A stretch of 55,411 nucleotides of DNA, taken from Crenarchaeota archaeon 13_1_40CM_3_52_10. Lineage in GTDB: Archaea > Thermoproteota > Bathyarchaeia > 40CM-2-53-6. Below are positions 52,565-55,411 of this stretch, piece after piece; within the stretch, counting starts at the first letter, position 1; every line of letters begins with the position of its first letter. The position numbers and the translations under genes are program-made. Below the pieces are notes generated by a model. That model had not been told where the DNA came from and did not search any database. It saw only the letters and a program-made list of their open reading frames with translations. Where the stretch lies: contig MNGO01000004.1 in assembly GCA_001918765.1 (NCBI GenBank), positions 1 through 55,411 of the forward strand. The letters are read 5' to 3'.

Positions 52565-55340
52565 GGCTGATTCCCTCCGCTGGGACCGCTATTCTGAGCT
52601 GTCTGGTGACGATTTGTTCTACGATCTTCAACGCATCGTCTACTTTGTCTTTGGAGGATCCACCTCCCGTCGCGAAGAAGGGTCTACCTCCTCCGCCTCC
52701 ACCTAGAACTTTCGAGACTTCTGAGACGATCTGGCCTGCGTTGATACCCGCTTTGACCGCCTCATCGCCAGCCGCCGCCACTATCTGGACGCGCTCCGAT
52801 GCTTCGAAGATTATAGCGATCATGTTGGGGTCGGATGCTTTGAGCCGATTGGCGACCTCGACCATCTCGATACCTCTTCTCTTTGACGTCTTCACCAGTA
52901 CGAGTCTGACTGTTCCGAGACTGACTGCTTTCTTCCCAAGCTGTTTGACATAGGCGTCGGTAGTCTTCGCGTGGACCTTTTCGAGTTCTCTCTCTAAAGA
53001 GTCTCTCTCAGCCACAATTGCCTTGATAGACTCTGGAAGTCTTTCGGGTGTTGTTTTTAGGAGCTCGCTCGCCTTTGCAAGTGCTTCGCTCTGTTGACTA
53101 ATTCGTTTCAGCGCGGGTTCTCCCGCTGAGAAGATAATTCTCTCTACGCCGTCTTGCAGTTTGCTGGCTTTCTCGATCTTGAAAACTCCAAGTTCCCCGG
53201 TCCTCTTGCAATGGGTTCCACCGCAAGCTTCCGCGTCCCATCCCTGAATTCTCACTACACGGATCTTGGATCCAGGAACGGCTCCGCCCTGGTAGAGCCT
53301 GTACCCGTACTTCGCCTCTGCCTTCTCACGCGCCATCCATGCTACTTGGACCGGTAGATCGCGCAGGATGACTTGGTTGACAAGCCTCTCGATCCGTTCC
53401 TGCTCTTTCGGAGTAATCTCCCGGTAGTGCGTGATGTCTAGCCTGCTGGACTCCACTTCTTTCTGTGCGCCAGCTTGCCAGACGTGCTCGCCTAGGACGC
53501 GACGAGCAGCTCCGATTAGCGCGTGAGTGCCGGTGTGGTGACGCATCAAGTTCAGGCGCCGCTGCCAATCGATCTCGGCCTCAACCAGATCGGTTTCTTG
53601 AATGATAGGCTGGTCTAGGAAGTGAACGATGACGTTTCCTCTTTTCTGGACGTCTGTGACTTTCAGCTTCTTGTCGTTGGTTCGCAGCTCGCCGTGGTCG
53701 CTGGGCTGGCCTCCTCCCTCAGGGTAGAAGCATGTCTGGTCTAGCACGACAGCGTTTTCCGTGACTCTTGCTAGTATCTTCGCTTGGAAGCTGGTCTTGT
53801 AGGCATCATCATAGTAGAGTGCTCTTGTAGCTGGAAGATCCTTTAGCTTCGGTTCCCATTCAGGCTGGGCTGAGGATTCCCCAAGCCCAGTGGTCGGCTT
53901 CGAATGTCTCTCCGCGACCAGCGTCAAGAAGTTTTCAGGAACGTCGACCTCTACTCCGACTTTCTCCGCGCTCTCCTTAACGATCTCCGGAGCCAGACCT
54001 TGAGAATCGTACAGCAGAACGAGTTGGTCGATCGGAATCTTTCGAATGCCTTGGCTCGAGAGTTCCTTTGAAAGTCGGAGGACTGCATCTGAGCCCTTGT
54101 TGATCGTCTCCTCGTACTTCTCTACCTCAATCTGTAATCCGTCCAGTATCTCTCCCTTCATATCCCGAAGGAGATGGAATTCTCCGCCCCACAACTTGAC
54201 CTGTCCCTCGATAATGCCGGGAAGCTCCTGAAGGATTCCCAGTTGTCGCGCTAGCCTCGCTGCTCGTCGGATGATTAGTCGGGTAAGGTACCCCTCTCCA
54301 ACATTGGACGGAACGACACCTTCGGCCAATAGGAAGGAAATCGCCTTTGTGTGGTCGGTTATTGCAAATGCGGCTTCTAGTGTCTGGACGATGGCGCGAA
54401 ACGCTTCCTTGTCGCGACCAGTCTCCAGCGCCGTCGCTTCGATGTAGGCATCCCTGGAAGCTCGACTGGAGGCCCCGTAGATTCCTGCCGCTCTCGTAAG
54501 TGATGATAATGTGTTTTCGTCGAGGTCAACCTTCGCTAGATCCATGACCTGTTTGAGCAGGGGCCCGTATACGGCATGGAATCCACTAGGTGAGCCTTGA
54601 GACAACCACGCCCATCTCTCCATCCCATAGCCCGTGTCAACCGTCCTGATTGGCAGAGGGGTGAGTTCTTCTCCTTGTACCTTGTACTGCATGAAGACAA
54701 GCGTCGATATTTCCAGTCCTGCGACTATTCCCTCGAGGTCTGGACCAGCGTTGCCTCCCCCTGACCAGAAGTGTTCTTTGTAAGTGATCGATCCAGAGGG
54801 GACTCCCATCACATCGGTTAGGAGTTTGTGGTGGTAGCGGACTGTATCGTCTTTCCAGTAGATCTCCTTGTCTGGATAGTTGAACGCGTGTGCTCCGCCC
54901 ATTTCGAAGATGGACATGTGTCGGCCCGCAGCACCAACTTGCTCGATGTCTGTAAACCGAATGCAGGGTTGGCTGATCACGAGTGGGTTTGCAGGCGGGG
55001 GCATCGTTCCCTCTGTTACGTAAGGTTGGAAATCGTAGATCGATGCACCTACAAGGTATACGTCGTTACGCCAGCGAGCCACGATCGGATATGGCTTGAT
55101 CCTAGTGTGTCCTCGTTCGGCGAAATAGTCCATGAACTGAATACGCATCTCCGCCAGGCTGAATGCTCGCTTCGTCGGAGGGGTTCCTATGAACGAGTAA
55201 GGCGCACATGGGACCTCGCCGCATGTCGTCTGTTCTGGAACCGCCCAGTAATTGCTTCTGCAGGATGGACATTTTCTCCGAATGAAGCCTAGTTCCTGGA
55301 AGTACAGTAGCGCAAATTCTTGTTCGTTTATCTCTGGCGT
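52548..55340 (-). CDS. alaS: Alanyl-tRNA synthetase
   Basis: Class II core FQPYVTEG..PPANPLVISQPCIRF. Editing-site motifs HHTGTH and CGGTHC. DHHA1-type C-terminus GGGGGRP. The conserved N-terminal CPSC..CGEVPC region lies upstream of the track ATG (55148). The 5' end is placed at ACG 55340-55338. Confidence 0.9.
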   Translation of the reverse strand, partial: TPEINEQEFALLYFQELGFIRRKCPSCRSNYWAVPEQTTCGEVPCAPYSFIGTPPTKRAFSLAEMRIQFMDYFAERGHTRIKPYPIVARWRNDVYLVGASIYDFQPYVTEGTMPPPANPLVISQPCIRFTDIEQVGAAGRHMSIFEMGGAHAFNYPDKEIYWKDDTVRYHHKLLTDVMGVPSGSITYKEHFWSGGGNAGPDLEGIVAGLEISTLVFMQYKVQGEELTPLPIRTVDTGYGMERWAWLSQGSPSGFHAVYGPLLKQVMDLAKVDLDENTLSSLTRAAGIYGASSRASRDAYIEATALETGRDKEAFRAIVQTLEAAFAITDHTKAISFLLAEGVVPSNVGEGYLTRLIIRRAARLARQLGILQELPGIIEGQVKLWGGEFHLLRDMKGEILDGLQIEVEKYEETINKGSDAVLRLSKELSSQGIRKIPIDQLVLLYDSQGLAPEIVKESAEKVGVEVDVPENFLTLVAERHSKPTTGLGESSAQPEWEPKLKDLPATRALYYDDAYKTSFQAKILARVTENAVVLDQTCFYPEGGGQPSDHGELRTNDKKLKVTDVQKRGNVIVHFLDQPIIQETDLVEAEIDWQRRLNLMRHHTGTHALIGAARRVLGEHVWQAGAQKEVESSRLDITHYREITPKEQERIERLVNQVILRDLPVQVAWMAREKAEAKYGYRLYQGGAVPGSKIRVVRIQGWDAEACGGTHCKRTGELGVFKIEKASKLQDGVERIIFSAGEPALKRISQQSEALAKASELLKTTPERLPESIKAIVAERDSLERELEKVHAKTTDAYVKQLGKKAVSLGTVRLVLVKTSKRRGIEMVEVANRLKASDPNMIAIIFEASERVQIVAAAGDEAVKAGINAGQIVSEVSKVLGGGGGGRPFFATGGGSSKDKVDDALKIVEQIVTRQLRIAVPAEGISHAGQA

Positions 55341-55411
55341 CTATCGTATCCCTCCACGATTGCTCTGGAAACAGATAGGACTGAATGGGGAATTGCTTTA
55401 GAGGGTTGTGG

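Overview
The window looks like an archaeal chromosomal segment made almost entirely of housekeeping genes. At the left is a replication cluster: Hel308, MCM and GINS on the minus strand, facing RFC small and large subunits. Translation and RNA genes include aIF5A, deoxyhypusine synthase, SRP54, Nob1, a NOL1/NOP2/Sun methyltransferase, LeuRS and AlaRS. Metabolic genes include purB, an AsnB-like enzyme, NAD kinase, NAPRTase, threonine dehydratase, beta-carbonic anhydrase and an aldehyde dehydrogenase. There are also two ABC systems and about ten membrane or hypothetical genes. A eukaryote-type topoisomerase IB suggests Nitrososphaerota (Thaumarchaeota) or a related TACK lineage. I saw no rRNA, CRISPR array, transposase, integrase or recognisable defence module, and no new multi-gene system. 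The most notable observations: (1) alaS, leuS and hef all have conserved N-terminal coding sequence upstream of any ATG/GTG/TTG; the two synthetases each have an ACG codon preceded by GGAGGG at Shine-Dalgarno spacing. (2) A 143-nt tRNA gene carries about 65 nt of extra sequence at non-canonical positions. (3) A roughly 230-255 bp intergenic element occurs twice, 7.4 kb apart in the same orientation, with colinear conserved blocks at identical spacing. (4) Several genes are interrupted by 1-nt frameshifts at short homopolymers. (5) A 2-TM pore-loop channel homologue has a non-potassium filter sequence. (6) The window edge carries an exact 55-bp tandem duplication. All family calls come from reading motifs in the translations; no database search was run.
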